A DNA stretch of 59,429 nt, counting the filler, from Sphacelaria rigidula (Eukaryota): NCBI GenBank assembly GCA_964200075.2. It is 9 parts of 9 records of this genome, joined end to end, with 100 filler letters (N's around TTAATTAATTAA, not from the genome) between each part and the next. Parts side by side here need not be neighbours in the genome. Positions count along the whole stretch, not along the records: positions 33,074 to 39,587 come from CAXNAA020019610.1; positions 39,688 to 46,201 come from CAXNAA020019611.1; positions 46,302 to 52,815 come from CAXNAA020019612.1; 6 more parts are not named here. One strand, written 5' to 3'. Positions 37,552 through 51,130 of the stretch are shown here, in pieces. A program made the position numbers and the translations under genes. How positions within the stretch are numbered: position 1 is the stretch's first letter; the number at the start of each line of letters is the position of its first letter. The notes under the pieces were generated by a model. That model saw nothing but the letters and a program-made list of their open reading frames with translations. It had not been told where the DNA came from and searched no databases.

Positions 37552-38921
37552 CACTAGTTTCTTATTTATTAATAGCGTAATGTCGCTAGCTCCCACACTG
37601 CGAAAGAGTACGAGGGTGTCCGGATTACCCATACTGTAGCCAAGATAAAAATGATCCTTATCGGAACAATATTTTGTACCAGACTCAGACTGAAGAGGAC
37701 AACATTGCCACTCCTCTCTGACGTCCTGTAGAACCAGGCCGAAGGATGCTCCGCTGTAAACGGTCAAATTGTATGAATACCCGTAGAATTTGAAAACCGG
37801 GTAGTCTGCACACTGTAGACACGACACACTGCACCCGTGCACAGCAATTTAGCGTTTTTTGTTAGCATCGCAAAACACTGTACTGTCACCTAACGTGGGC
37901 ACCCATCGCCCAACAACGGGGGGTCCGACGCACGTGGGCTGCTAGAACGCAGTAGAACACACTGCTATGTACGCTGGTGACTGGTGGGAAAAGCGTAGTG
38001 CGCTGCTGTCGAACGTTTTGTCATCTTACTGCCTGGTGGTTGTTCCCGCCTTGGGTTTGAAAGTGATTAGTTTATTGTGTGCTGAGCGCCGGGCGTTCCC
38101 TCGAAAGGAGGTCGCCTTCCTTCCCAGATTTGAAGCGCAGTGCACAGCGCTCAGGGACAGTGATGCACAGTAATTCAGTGTTTTTTTGTAAGCATAACAA
38201 AGCACTGTACAGCTAAACCGGACACCCATCGGCCGATAACGGGGGGTTCGATGTACGTGCGCTGCTAGAACGTAGTGTGATGTGTGCTCTCCGCCTTTAC
38301 CTATTTGCCCAACTGCGCTGTGTACGAGTAAGGTGGAATGTTGAGCTCTATTCTCTCTTATAAATATGTTCATGTTTCTCTGTACACTGTACTGTGCGTA
38401 ATACCTACCATCTCCGCAACAAAATATCCGCCCTTGGAAATAAGACAGTCTACGACTGCATCTTCAGTAAATTTTGTTGCACAAACACGGCTAGCCCTCA
38501 TCCACCACCTCACGGGTTGTGGAAAGAAAGAGCACTGTGTAGAGACTAGCAAGACCTTCACCCACCTTGCCCGGAGGTTCTCAGTTTGCCTTTGTTGGGG
38601 TGAGGGTAAGGGTAAGGGTTACGATTCGACAGCAGTACAGGAAAGAACACAGCTAGCTGCATAGCCTTGGCGAGGGATACTCACGGCTCTCTCATGTGTG
38701 TCAGTGTGTGTGTACATACTTTCAAATCAAGACAACTACGGATAAACATCTCTGTATTGGGAACGTTAATACTCTCTTATGAATATGTTCCTCTGTACAC
38801 CGTACTGTATGTAATACCTACCACCTCCGCAACAAAATATCCGCCCTTGGAAATAAGACAGTCTACGACTGCATCTTCAGTAAATTTTGTTGCACAAACA
38901 CGGCTAGCCCTCATCCACCAC
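37552..38921 (-). CDS. Candidate exons of an unknown gene: 38921-38822 and its duplicate 38508-38409, then 37812-~37552
   Basis: WWMRASRVCATKFTEDAVVDCLISKGGYFVAE(M/V)|GTAGGT is phase-compatible with CAG|CADYPVFKFYGYSYNLTVYSG. No family was recognised and the acceptor (GAG) is weak. Confidence 0.35.
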
Positions 38922-39190
38922 CTCACGGATTGTGGAAAGAAAGAGCACTGTGTAGAGACTAGCAAGACCTTCACCCACCTTGCCCGGAGGTCCTCAGTTT
39001 GCCTTTGTTGGGGTGAGGGTGAGGGTGAGGGTTACGGTTCGATAGTCGTACAGGAAAGAACACAGCTAGCTGCATAGCCTTGGCGAGGGATACTCACGGC
39101 TCTCTCATGTGTGTCAGTGTGTGTGTACATACTTTCAAATCAAGACAACTAACTACGGATAAACATCTCTGTATTGGGAAAGTTGATACT
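38351..39190. repeat. Recent tandem duplication, period ~413-419 bp, high identity
   Basis: Near-identical units at ~38351-38770 and ~38770-39190. Equivalent stop codons lie at 38664 and 39077. Confidence 0.95.
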
Positions 39191-39587
39191 GTAAGCACTC
39201 TCAAATGAAGACGATTGCGGAGGAACCTCTCTGTATCAGGAACAGTCATGTGGTGTAGTGTTTGCATATTGGCAGCCCATAAGTGTGTGCCACAGGTTCA
39301 GTGGCACCGCACCGTCCCAACATGAGCGATTTCCTTGCTTGTGTATTTACAATAGACGCAATGGTCGACACTGTTGTCTGTACGCCGTGCACTTCTTGAC
39401 ATTGCCATGCAACACTTTCTACGATAGCCCCCCCCCCCAAACCAGCTAAAAGTGTCACGAGAAAAATGGACATACAGCGCCTGATGTTCGGATTCAGGCT
39501 GCATGAAGCGCCTCATATTGGCGACATTGGCTAGAGCAAACTCAAGCGTGGAAATTCCCTGCTTCTCGTTGTGCTCGGCTTTTCCCA

Positions 39588-39687
39588 NNNNNNNNNNNNN
39601 NNNNNNNNNNNNNNNNNNNNNNNNNNNNNNNTTAATTAATTAANNNNNNNNNNNNNNNNNNNNNNNNNNNNNNNNNNNNNNNNNNNN
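39588..39687. other. Artificial contig linker 6
   Basis: N44-TTAATTAATTAA-N44. Confidence 0.99.
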
Positions 39688-40207
39688 ACTAAAATCAAGT
39701 CATTTCCAGACGAATCATTATTTGTCCGACCCTTAGAATATTGCAGTAGGTCGTTCGTCACTAAATGATAAAGGTACTGTCGCCGATACCAATAAGTGTT
39801 TCTCATAGAACGTAGCTCAGCGGAGATTCAGGCTAAGGCTTGTTGGATGAGTTCGGCAGCACCTGCACATACACCTAATCCACTTGAGAGTTCTGAAACA
39901 GTTTCTGCTATCATTCGCACCCAGTCACGATGGCCTCCGGCACAATGGTCAGCAAATTTTGCCACATCGACGATTTTTTACTCAATACCTGCGATCAATG
40001 CCGGCAAAGCCAGCACCACACCATGGCAACAACAGACAACAGCACGCACTCCACGTGAGAAGGGAACACTACCCGTGACAAAAGGGGAAACCCATGCCAA
40101 TTATCGTCGTATACATTTTGATGTTTCATCTCCACCTTACTGTGCAACTCCCCATACACCCGCTGAACCTGTGCTTGCTATTTCTGATGTTTTTTGCCTG
40201 ATTTCCG

Positions 40208-43200
40208 GTGATACCTATGCTCCCTTCGCCCTCCGCTTTTCGACAAGGACTCGGAAAGCGCTCTACGCCATCACCATCTGTTGACTCACCCCCGCATAAA
40301 CCTGCAGGTTCTGGCAACACGACGACCACCAACTCTATTTTCACAAACACAAAAACGCGTCACGGATTGAACGTCGTTGACGCAGACGGTCCATTGCGCA
40401 GTGCCACCAATGGAAAACAGCGCAGCTCTAGTAGCAGCAATGAAAACAACCGCGGAGATGCCGGCAGAAATGGGAAACGCGGCGAAGCACCTTCCGATTT
40501 CTTCGCTTTATCAAATACGAACGATTCGAGCGGCGTGGGGAACGGGTCTCTTTCGAAGCCGCTGGCTCTCGACAGGATTACACCATCTCATACTCGACCA
40601 TCCGATGGCGCTCCCGTGCCTGGTGCCTCCGTTTCTTCCTCGCCGCCTCTCCTGTCTTCCTCCGGGACTGTTGCGGCCCTCCCGTTCGGTACGGACCATC
40701 CACGACAATATCGGCAGCAACAGAAACGCAGCAAGCAGCACCAGCAACGGCACCAGCACCACCAACAAGAGCAGCACGATCAGCACCGAGAACCACCCGC
40801 CGCCGGTCCCTTCCGCTTTTCACCCTTGGGGGGAACCAATAAGCGCGGGCGTTCTCCAACGCCGGCAAGATCTAGCGACCGCGACAGCAACAACAAGAAC
40901 AACAACCACCACACCAACCACAACGACCGATCCTCGTCAAGCAGCAAGGGCAACAGCAGCAACAACACGGTGCAGGCAACGCAACAAGGTGGCGCCAGCA
41001 AGACGGCGTCAAACGTTCTGCGCCACTCCGTGGCGAACGTGGACAGTAGTGGTCAGACATGCACGGCCGGGACCAACTTCAGCGCCAAAGGCACTCCAGC
41101 CAGTGAGAGTACTGCTCCAATTTCTCCTGCTCGTGCTGCTGCTACTGCCTCGCCGGATGGGCGAAGCCGTGGGTCTCGAATTGCGGCGGCCGCCGCCGGT
41201 CAGGAGGTACATTTTTTCGCCGTTTATGCTCACCTTCTGTGGGTTCGATAACTATGCGATCGGCGGGTTGCCAAACCCTCGGGTAGACTTGAGTGGTGGA
41301 AAAAACTATAGTAATTCGATTCCAAGTGGCGAATAGTGCTTACCTGTTGAGTGTCTCCGACACGTCGAGAAACTCCACTTCATATCGAGTGACATGTATG
41401 CCATGCCGGAGAAACGACAACCATCGAAGGAACTGAGAACCAAGGAATTAAGACGCATGTCATCAGAATGTATACCCCTATCGGTAAAAACGTCACGCCT
41501 TCGCACATCCGTTTCTCTTCGCTTACGGTACGCCGCAAGACCACTACAGCACTTGTACAGGGACGGTATCCTGAGCCATTTTTCACAGACGCTTTCACAT
41601 ATCAATTTCGACAGCACCACAGGTAATAAGGATTACTACGACGGAAGGTGTTCGTAGGGTCAGTTTTGATTAAAGGAAGCTGCTACGGCCGCTGTACATT
41701 AACCTGCTCAAACATCACCAGTCAACTGCCCCCCTCCGCTACCCCGTTTACAACCCCCCCTTCCCCCACCGCTTCACAGTCAACTGCCGCACCGAAGTCC
41801 GAGAGTTTGGCGACCATGATTATGACGCCTAAACATACCCAACCTCAGCAACCCGAAAGTACCATGCCTGTACCGGAGCCTCTTCGTGGCGCTGAGGGCG
41901 CCGAGGGTGGTAAGAGTAAGAGCGAGAGCAATGGTCATGGTGACGGCAATGGCGGGTGCCGCAGTGATTCAACTGATGGAGGGCGACAATTGGATACCAT
42001 AGCAGAAGATCAAGACGCTTTTGACGACCTCTGTGCAGAGGAGGATTCCATCGTTGCCACCGCAGATGTCAGTGGATGATGTTAACAAATCAGGCGTCGA
42101 AACAATATTGAAGTGTACGGTGGTAGTACCGGTCTCCACGGCTTTGCCATATGGCGAATGAGAGCTACTGCGGGCAGCTTTTATCTACTAGGGGGGAAGT
42201 GTTGTTCAGAGGCCGGGCGTATATCATGTATGTCCCTACAAGTGCTTGGCTGCCATTCTTCCATGACGGTTGCAATTTCCTCCCTTCGTGAATGTCGAAA
42301 TAACGCCCGCTTATACGCGAAAATGTTCTGAATGCTGAGTCATGCTAAGATAGGGGTGGGGGGTGTTCGATTCCACGAGATATTGGGCTCATAGGTGTGT
42401 CAGACGACCCAGCACACTTGCAGTGAGCTTGTATTTGGGTAAAAGCGATGTCAAACAGTATGAGTAGGCGTTATAAATCGGAAGTAAGCGCGTTCGAACT
42501 ACCGTTGCTGCTAACAACGACGATTGCAAGTAGAATTTCGTGGAAGACAGCGGCTCAAAAAATCCCCCCCGCCCCCCTATCGTAACATGTATGATCATGA
42601 GTACACCCTATCTACAATATCGTAACATGACTCAGCTGCTGCTTGAACTCATCACAGGCTGGCATCAAAAAGCTGGCAAGACGGCAGTTGTCCATCAGGG
42701 AGAGCTACGCGCGCTCCCATTCAAGATTGCTTCAGGTAAAGCATCGGAAGTTTACAAATTAAATGTAGGGGTATTCGCACATATTGTTGACAAGGTGGGC
42801 GGTTTACCTGATCGAAATTTCCCCGGAAACTGAACAACCCGTCGTGGTGTGTTCGAAAGCATTAAATAACGCAACTCTCGCCGTTGTTGAAATCATCGAC
42901 GATTTTCTGGGTTAAAGGCAAAGAAGATCGTTTATAACGCGACTAAAATGCTGCAAAAGTGGTCATATATATATGTGTGTGTGTGTGTGTGTGCTCTGTC
43001 GCTTGTTCTACTCTCAGGTAGGCAACCTCGTCATCTACAGCCGTGCCTGACCCGTTTCAAGTGTCTGTCAGCCAATTATGATTTGAATTGACTACACTCG
43101 TGTGGGATATGTATTTGCAGACGATGTTCCACGAGCAGATACCACCAACGGCCTTAAACGAGTTATTCACTCTGTCTAGCGATAGGATAAGTTTCAGCGT

Positions 43201-45168
43201 AGAGTTTGCTATGATCCTGTCGCCTAGCCCAACACTCGTACTGTGGCACCGGGGCGTGCTGACCGCATACTCAACCATCACTCGGAAACATGTGTCCAAT
43301 GTGCATCCTCGGAACCCTTGATCTGTAACGGAAAGTGTGACGCGTTCCAAGATCGATGAAAGTGTGCCCTGAAGTACTGCCCAACACCGTCTGCCAAGAG
43401 GTTGGTTCTTTGCACTTGCACGAGGGCGGATAACAGTACGTAACACCTACCGATACCTCGTGTAATATTGAGGGCTATTCAAGAAACTGAGGGGCAAAAT
43501 ATTCGAGTGAGTCGTGAGAAAGAAAACAATGTTTGAAAAAAACGTATAAATTCATTATTTTCTATTTTTACACTCTCTCACGTAGCTCATCTTCACGGAT
43601 CCCGATGTGGTGATGGTCTATTGGTCCATAAATAGCATGTCTATGTTGAAAATATTTGATATCTGAAACATCCCGACTTCCCGGATTTTCTCAAGACATA
43701 AATGCGTTTCTGTATCAGTTGGCATTGATACGTCGGAAGCCTGGAAGACGAGCTCACTAACAGGTATGCACGAAAGATGAGAGCTCGAGAGATGAAAATA
43801 AAATGCCTTTGCCAACACTCGAAATATTCTAGTTTTTCGCCGAAAGTGTAAACTGTTGCTACCGCTATCAGGTGTTAACTGGCTGTTTTCTCTCCCATCA
43901 CTGACCTCCAAATAGCGACATGTGGCAAATAATACTGACCGCACTGAGGAGTGTGGTTGAATAATTGTCAAGTAATCTCCCTGGGACCCCGCCGTGGTCA
44001 CATGATGGACGTGCCCGAGATGAAACGAAACGCAAACACTCGCGGAAGAAGAGCAGAGAAGAACGGAAAGATAGGCCAGAGAGTAAACTAAGAGAAGAAA
44101 AAAAAAAAAAGAGAAGAAAAAAAGAGGAACGAAAAGTCACCGGCCGCTGCAACATGAGTAGAACTAAAAAATGAACACGTAAAAAACAAATTGAGATTTC
44201 ATGAAAGCGTAGGATTTGAATCCGGACAAGAACGTTTGGGACACACCGTTTCATCGCGTGGTAGAAACCAGGACACCAAGGGTGTGGGTCATTGGTTGAA
44301 TCGTCACCATTTTCACATGGGAAATGAGAGTCAGGCCCAGATCGCCCACCCTGGCGGTTAATGAGCCAATACCCATGCAATGAGCAGCGATGCCTTGAAA
44401 TGACCGCATTATCGACGGGACCCGAAACTTGTTCTCTTCAACTATGCAAAAATGAAACTTGCAGAGTGAAAAGTTATATCTTTGAAATACTTCGGTGTCA
44501 CTTAATAGTGACCACTGTAGTAGCGTCGATCCACTGGTGTGGCTGTGGAGCGGAGGCATCCTCCATGCGGCTTGGTCTCTCAAGTCTTTCTGTAAAGCCT
44601 CCACATGCGCGAAAATAGATATTCCACACCAAGGGGGCGGCTCAATAGTCCGAAACACAAAATACCACTTGTTTTCTCCTTCGACCGCCCTTAGCTCTTC
44701 ATCTCATCCGTATCTTCCCGGAAAGGTTCGGCATTTCATCCTACGCAAAGGAACGCTAGCAGAGCACCGTTCCCGCGCAAGAAGCTCCACCGGAAATCTC
44801 CAGTTCGATACTCCGTCACTCCCTCCGTCCCTCTTGACAGGATAAGGATTAGATGGGGGGCAGTGAAATGGACCAGGGTTCAAATCGCCAGGGAGAAGAG
44901 GTGGGAAAATATCACACATACACACAAGATCATTTCGTTGACTCAATGTTAATATGTCCCACCGACGTCAAAGATCGTACCTCTCGCTTTTCCCATCAAT
45001 CGCACTCATATCTACGCACCTCTCTTCACATATGTGCTACGCAGAACGACATGAGCACCAAGACTGCGGCCGATGCCGAAGACTTTCTTGCGGCAGTGAG
45101 GAGCCTCCTCGCTGAAATGAACCTAGAGTCACCCGCTATGCAAAGCGACGTCTCTGTCCGAGGAAAGG
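40208..45168 (+). CDS. Multi-exon gene of unknown function with a long disordered S/N/Q/H-rich exon (~40208-41206); further candidate exons ~41720-42067, 43121-43237, ~43985-44155, 45045-45168
   Basis: ~1-kb open frame with coding-type low complexity ending at GAG|GTACAT. Downstream there are AG/GT-bounded segments such as NDMSTKTAADAEDFLAAVRSLLAEMNL. Exon joins are not fully resolved. Confidence 0.55.
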
Positions 45169-46201
45169 GTACAGCAGCACTGCCGCCGTTGTCAACGTCA
45201 GCCTGACTAAAACGAACTGCGGAATGATCGCATTGTCAGGCCCGCGCACCCCCGTCGTTTGGTCTGCCTCGTTAGAAGTAGAGCTTACGGGTTACTTTTC
45301 TACTCGAGTTTTCTGCAGCCAAAATTCTCAAACGAAACGGCAGTGTATCACATCCACCGCCGTAAGCTGAACGAGTGCGGAACACTCAATGATGACTGAA
45401 GCGTCGAGATTTGAGGGTTGCTCGAGGCGAGCACGGCCAGACCCAGATCAATCTCGCCACACTCATGTACTGAGCATGACGATGTGTGCTATTCATTAGT
45501 ATAGGAATACGACAACGACTGCGGATTTTACTGGGACGCCAGGGTCACTGACGCTATGCTACGACATATTCAAGTGGATTGAACGGCGGTACGTCTAGCC
45601 TGGCCTATTATATACGCACGCAGGTCAGTGATTCTCCTGGAGGGAAGCACGAACGCATAGTGTAGAGTGGGGTGTATTTTCGACAGTACTACTGATCAGT
45701 GTTGGCGTTCGGGCGAATCGAATGAATGGGTGTACGTTGTATGATGCCCGAGCGAGGAGAAACCACTTCTTCGGATTCGAAGATGGACACTATGGATTAG
45801 GTTGTAATACGCCTTGGGTTTTGCTATCTGAGGTTTTCAAGAGTGAGCCCAGGCACCGGGCAGTACTAGCGATGAATACATCTTGAGAGTTGTACAATAA
45901 CTTGACTGCCACGCACTCTTCGTAGTTGCACGATGAAATAGGTACTTGCTCAGAACCCTGCAGTGCATGCACCACATGTACAATACACGATTCACCCATG
46001 GCCGAAGCTCGTAAGAGGGCGACGCGTCCACTGCGCCAAGTTGACAGGGGATTACAGTGACCCGGATCCCCACACTGCCTTGAGCAAAGCTTCGAATGCT
46101 CGAGGCGCCTACCCCACATCACGGCAATCAGCCTGGTCCGGCGAGAACCCGGCGTGCTCCGTCCCGGCTTTGTAGGGGCGGACCCCCGATGGGGTTGGCA
46201 T

Positions 46202-46301
46202 NNNNNNNNNNNNNNNNNNNNNNNNNNNNNNNNNNNNNNNNNNNNTTAATTAATTAANNNNNNNNNNNNNNNNNNNNNNNNNNNNNNNNNNNNNNNNNNN
46301 N
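46202..46301. other. Artificial contig linker 7
   Basis: N44-TTAATTAATTAA-N44. Confidence 0.99.
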
Positions 46302-47958
46302 GCAGGAACCAGACACGCTTTGGCATTTAGGTTTTTATCATTTGATTTCTTTGGGAGTTTGCATTTGATTCGGAATGTTTTCGTCTCGTTGTTCGCAGCA
46401 ACGTGACATGTCAACCATGTGTACCGTCCCGTGGTTGCATTTTGTTTTTAATTGTTCTAGATTTTGTTCCCTACGCCCTACGAAGTACCACCGTAGTTTG
46501 GTTATGATTTTTTAAACTTGATCCTCCACATGATTGCGATGATTTTTAATTATCGAGAAAGAAAATAATGGGGGGGGAATTGACTATTTGCTTCCATGAT
46601 TCTCTTTTCGGGTAGTTAAAAACGAAGAAAACTCATGTGATGGGGTTATCAACAGCGGAAAAGTTTGGGAGAAAAATCATGTGATGGGATGATCCACGGT
46701 GGGGTATTTTGGATAATTTGATTAATCGGTTACAGATTTCAAAAGGGAATTCGATATTTTGCGATCCGAGCTAGAACGTTTTTGGCAAAGTGATTCACCG
46801 GCTCTGGATTTTGGGTTGGACATTTTCAATTACGGAAAGAACATGGCATGGATTCAACCTCGAGTATACTTCCGAGAGGGGAACGGTTTTTAGTCTTGGG
46901 TGTCACTAAACAGTTGACTATCCACTCGCCGTTCAACATGCGGGACTGACTATGCACCAGGATAAGTCACGATAATTGACTCTGGGGTCATCGATGTTAT
47001 GTTTTCATGTACTACCTGGAAGCAATACCCCATGCAAAATAATATGTAATATTGAATGGGGGGGGGGCGTTTTAATACGGAGTAATTTATATCATGTTCT
47101 CTCCAGTGTGGCGTTTATTCAATGAGTAATATCTGTCCTGATATTTGGGTGAGTGTACTGTTTATGCAGAGTAACTTCTTATCCGACTTCTTTGCCTGCA
47201 CTTGGACTTTGGTGTACAGGGATTGATTTTTGTGAAGGAGAGAATATTCCAAGAGTGGGACGATGAGTTTGACGATTTGGGGAATTTATCGGGCCGGATG
47301 ACGAGCGAAATTTGCATCAAAGATCAGTATTTCGAAATTAAGTGGACTGATCAATCGCTAGTTTTGGTTACAACATTTTTAGTGCTTACAAAGTTTGGTT
47401 TTATGTTCCGAGTTTCTCCCTGATAGGATATAAGCAGTACAAGTCGTTGTGAAATGCACGAGTGTACTGGTACATCAATTTTCTCTGGGTATTCCAGGGT
47501 CTATGAAGTGAACGAGGTTCGAAGGAGATTTTTTCGTGTTCTGACATTAAAAGGATCCAAGCTTGCAAGTTTTCACTGGTGTGGGTTCTATCAACTATTC
47601 TAGGCAGTTGATAGATGGTCGACATCAGGGAGGCTAGTGTGGTTTTTATAGGGTACAGAGTGGTACAAACACGAGCAGATCTTGTGTTCTTATGTTGGGA
47701 CGGATGGGGAACCCATATATTTTTGTATTCGAGCATACCTCTAGTTTGAGCGATTTGAACTTGAATTGATTCGATTTGAATTTGAATTTTGTTCTCGAAC
47801 TCGAGGGGAAGTGGTACACACACCACTACTGCAAGTTTTCATTTTGCAGTGTTTATTTTGCATACTATTTCGAGGAGTCATGTTATTGTTCAGTGGAATG
47901 ATATCTCGGTCACTGGAGATGTTGAATGTGGACACTTGCCTGATGTAGACCGTGTTGT
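46302..47958 (-). repeat. Left arm of a ~1.6-kb inverted duplication (cut by the contig start); decayed pol-like sequence
   Basis: Reverse complement of 51131-52665, about 95% identical by eye. Carries ~120 bp (~47089-47208) absent from the right arm. Confidence 0.97.
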
Positions 47959-48840
47959 AGACGGTATGTTGAATCGAATTTCACATAGACAACAGCATCT
48001 TGTTACCATGAGAAAAGTGCGTTTTTGACATATTCGAGTATTGGAAGGTTGAGTGTGTTTCTCGAATTTCATCATGGGAATTGAGGAGTAAGAAAAGGGT
48101 GTCCACTGTGCATTCATGTGTGATTTTTGGTTGTTACAAGGAAGAGTCGGGAACTGGTAATGATTGAGATTGATACACATATATCTATTTGTTTTGTGCT
48201 GACTGACGCAAACAATTGTTGAAATGGAGCATGCATAGGTTACGAAGAACTGATTATATTCAGGATTTGAGCTTTCGATTGCTTAAGTAGACGAGTTTGC
48301 GACGTCCGTGCGTGGCTGAAAAGGTTTTTTCCTGACGGGATCGGGTTTTCTTTTTCAGTTCTTGGTAATATAGTGTTGGATTCATGTCATGAAGAACTGA
48401 CATATTTTCGCGTTTTAGAATGAGGCACTATGTATTCAGGATAAACTATCAGTCCTAGAGCCGGAAGCAGGGAGGCTAATCGATCATACTTACGCTCCAG
48501 GATCTGCCTGGATACGAAGGAAATAGATATGGAGATTGGATCATGACGTGCAGGGGAAATACGAATAAGAGATCATTCTGTTATTTAAGGTATACCCTAT
48601 GTAGTGGTTGCAGTGCATATCTGCTGGGGCGGCACACGCCTTTTCGCGTGCCGAAAATCTGGGATTATGACATGTCATTTCGTATGAGCGTTTTTCCCAG
48701 GTATTAGTACCCCACTTCATTCAGTGGTTTCGGTATGTGTTCGTGAGTTGGTGTGCGACATTCATTGTGTGTCTGATCTAATTCGGTGGTGGTTTCAGCA
48801 TAATATGTGTGGTATATGAGAGGAGGCAAATATGGGTACA

Positions 48841-50072
48841 TTAATTATATAAATGATATCTGGTCTCAACTGGCCACGACAGGCCTACAACTTCCCCCGA
48901 CAACGCACCCGGTGCATGAGGCTTTCTATTAAACTGGTCAGGATCAGCGGGGCTGACAGAAAAAATGCACGGCGGATGATCCGCCGGTGGGTCAGATGTC
49001 TCACCAGAGAAGGAGGTGGACGGTATATTATTTCCAGGTGTGGCACGGTCATGGGTGATTTCGTAAATTATCGTCTTTGGTTGACAGGGATCACCGTCAA
49101 AGGGGGATCCAGGATGTGCGGGGCTGGAGTCGTCGATTGAAGATGTAGTGCCGTCAGAATCATGTGATTTTGTTTCTTCTGGGATACTTGATAGAGCCGT
49201 CGAGCTCAACGTCGTCGCAATTTGGAGAGATTGAGGTCGAGGATTTCCGCTCGAGAGAGATGTACGTAATGATGCCCGCGCGTCCTTGGGGGCATGCTTA
49301 CGGGGCTTTCTCTTTCGCCGTGACAAAGGTCGGGGAACTTCCAAAACATTTGGGGATGATACCATAACTGCGTCCAGTTGCGTGGATGGGGTCAGCATCG
49401 GGGCATGACGGAGCGAATATTGTGGGCTGCTTTCCGTAGGCAAGTTTGGCTGTTTGGGCATATCCGAAGATATTATGTTGGGGCGGTTGTTAATAAAACC
49501 GGCCGAAGGTAGGTCCGTGCGTTTTAAAAAGCGTGGGGAATAAGCCCGATCGAACTGATTGGGAATTACATGATCCGATGTGGTCAGGTTCAAATCAGCA
49601 ACACTTGGGTCAGCTGAAAAAGGCTTGCTGCTACCTGTGCGTGCGGTCGCTGAGGGAAGCCTTTGCCTCAGGGACTGGCGGTTGGTCTTCCCACACCTCA
49701 GACTTATACTCGGTACTGAAGGACCAAGTTCAGTGCCGGGTGTAGATCTGAGTCGCGGTGTGACACAACTGTTACGCGGTGTGTGGAGGGATGGAGACGG
49801 GGGTCGGGTTGAACGGCCGTCAGATGCACTCCTGCATAGTGCCGGGAGAGCCGGGCGGACAATCTTGGTCGCGGGCTCTGTGGGCTGTGTTGAAAATTTT
49901 GTGGAGGTTCGAGACGGGGGTCGATATGAACGGCCGTCAGTTACGCTCCTGGATAGTGCCGGGGCAGTCGAGTCAGCAATTTTTGACACGGACTCCTCGG
50001 GCTGTGTTGAAAAAGTCTTCGCTCGTGCTATCGACGGCGTGGAAGACCGAAGAACGCCGGCGTCGGCACGTC
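48841..50072 (-). CDS. S/P/T/R-rich ORF downstream of gag in the retroelement, with two ~39-aa internal repeats
   Basis: Open for ~410 codons after the TGA at 50075-50073. Repeats: FSTQPEESVSKIADSTAPALSRSVTDGRSYRPPS and FSTQPTEPATKIVRPALPALCRSASDGRSTRPPS. Confidence 0.6.
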
Positions 50073-50801
50073 ATGGATCTAAGCGATCCGAAGTGAAGGT
50101 ACCAGGGTTTCTGGTGTTGGGATTAGAACTTTGTGTCGGTCCCGTCCGCTGGTGTCTATCAGCGGAACGTTTGTTGTCGCGAGAATTTTGATCGTTCTGG
50201 CGACGGTTGCCGTGATTGTTGTTGTGTCGGCGACCGCGTTAGAGCTTTTGTTGCCACGTTGGTTCAATTTGCTGCGGTAATTTCGAGTTGGTGGACGATA
50301 ATCGCGCATGCGTTTTTGCCGCCGGCGCCACGCGGGTTCATTGTCGTGCAATTCAGGGTTCATGAGATCAAAGGCATTGATGCATGAACTGTCACAGTCG
50401 CGCATGCTGTGGCCCTGAACACTACAGTTGATACAACTGTTGGCATGACTGCTGAAGGCATGACGTCTAGCGGAAGACGAAAGAAGTGGGTTCCACAAAT
50501 GGGGGTCATCGGCTATGAATGCCGTGGTTGAAGTCAGATAAACATCATCCCAAGTTTCCTCGGAAAACGGCCAATCGTCAAAACTCGCGCTAAATGCATC
50601 TCTGGTAGTCTGAACATGCATAACTGAACCGGCGACTGAGTCGGGGGTCCATGAAGCGCGAGACGAGCTCGAATTCCGGCCGCGAGCCCCTTGGGCGTGA
50701 GCGGAGGACACAACCGTAGGTTGTGAACGCGCAGACGTTGAAGGTTTGCCACGTAAGGCAGGTGCTAGATTACTCTCCTGGTGTACAAAAGCAGACCACA
50801 T
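50073..50801 (-). mobile_element. gag: Gag-like ORF (C-terminal part) with CCHC zinc knuckle; decayed Ty3/gypsy-like retrotransposon
   Basis: CINCSVQGHSMRDC fits CX2CX4HX4C and is followed by an R/N-rich tail. A probable frameshift near 50240 continues as RGRRHNNNHGNRRQNDQ...RLDP*. Confidence 0.75.
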
Positions 50802-51109
50802 AGTATCACCACCCCACGCTATTTACTCTCCAAAGCGACCCGTCTCAAGGAAGCCTATCAGCTTGTTATTGGTTTCTGCGTTAATGATGAACCAAGCGCC
50901 TTATTGTGTTTGATTCGAGTAATGCCCAGGTGAAGTGGCAAGTGTAAGCATCTTTCTTTCTCGCACAAACAAGTGTTTCATCAACACTGTGCAGCCTCTG
51001 CGAGCTCTCTTGTTAGAGCTGGGTTCACCAGTTGAACCAATTGTTCGTGTCTGGTTGACAGTTGAATACTGTGTATTTTATACACAAGCCACGATAGCCA
51101 ATTATATTC

Positions 51110-51130
51110 TTAGGGTCAGGGTTAGGGTTA
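51110..51130 (+). repeat. Telomere-like tract TTAGGGTCAGGGTTAGGGTTA at the inversion junction
   Basis: Ends at 51130. The inverted arm begins at 51131 (ACAACACGGTCTAC). Confidence 0.9.

Noticed and set aside
40377..41336. 319-aa overlapping Thr-rich ORF
   Set aside because: It is an alternative frame of the CAG/AAC-rich exon, open because of base composition.
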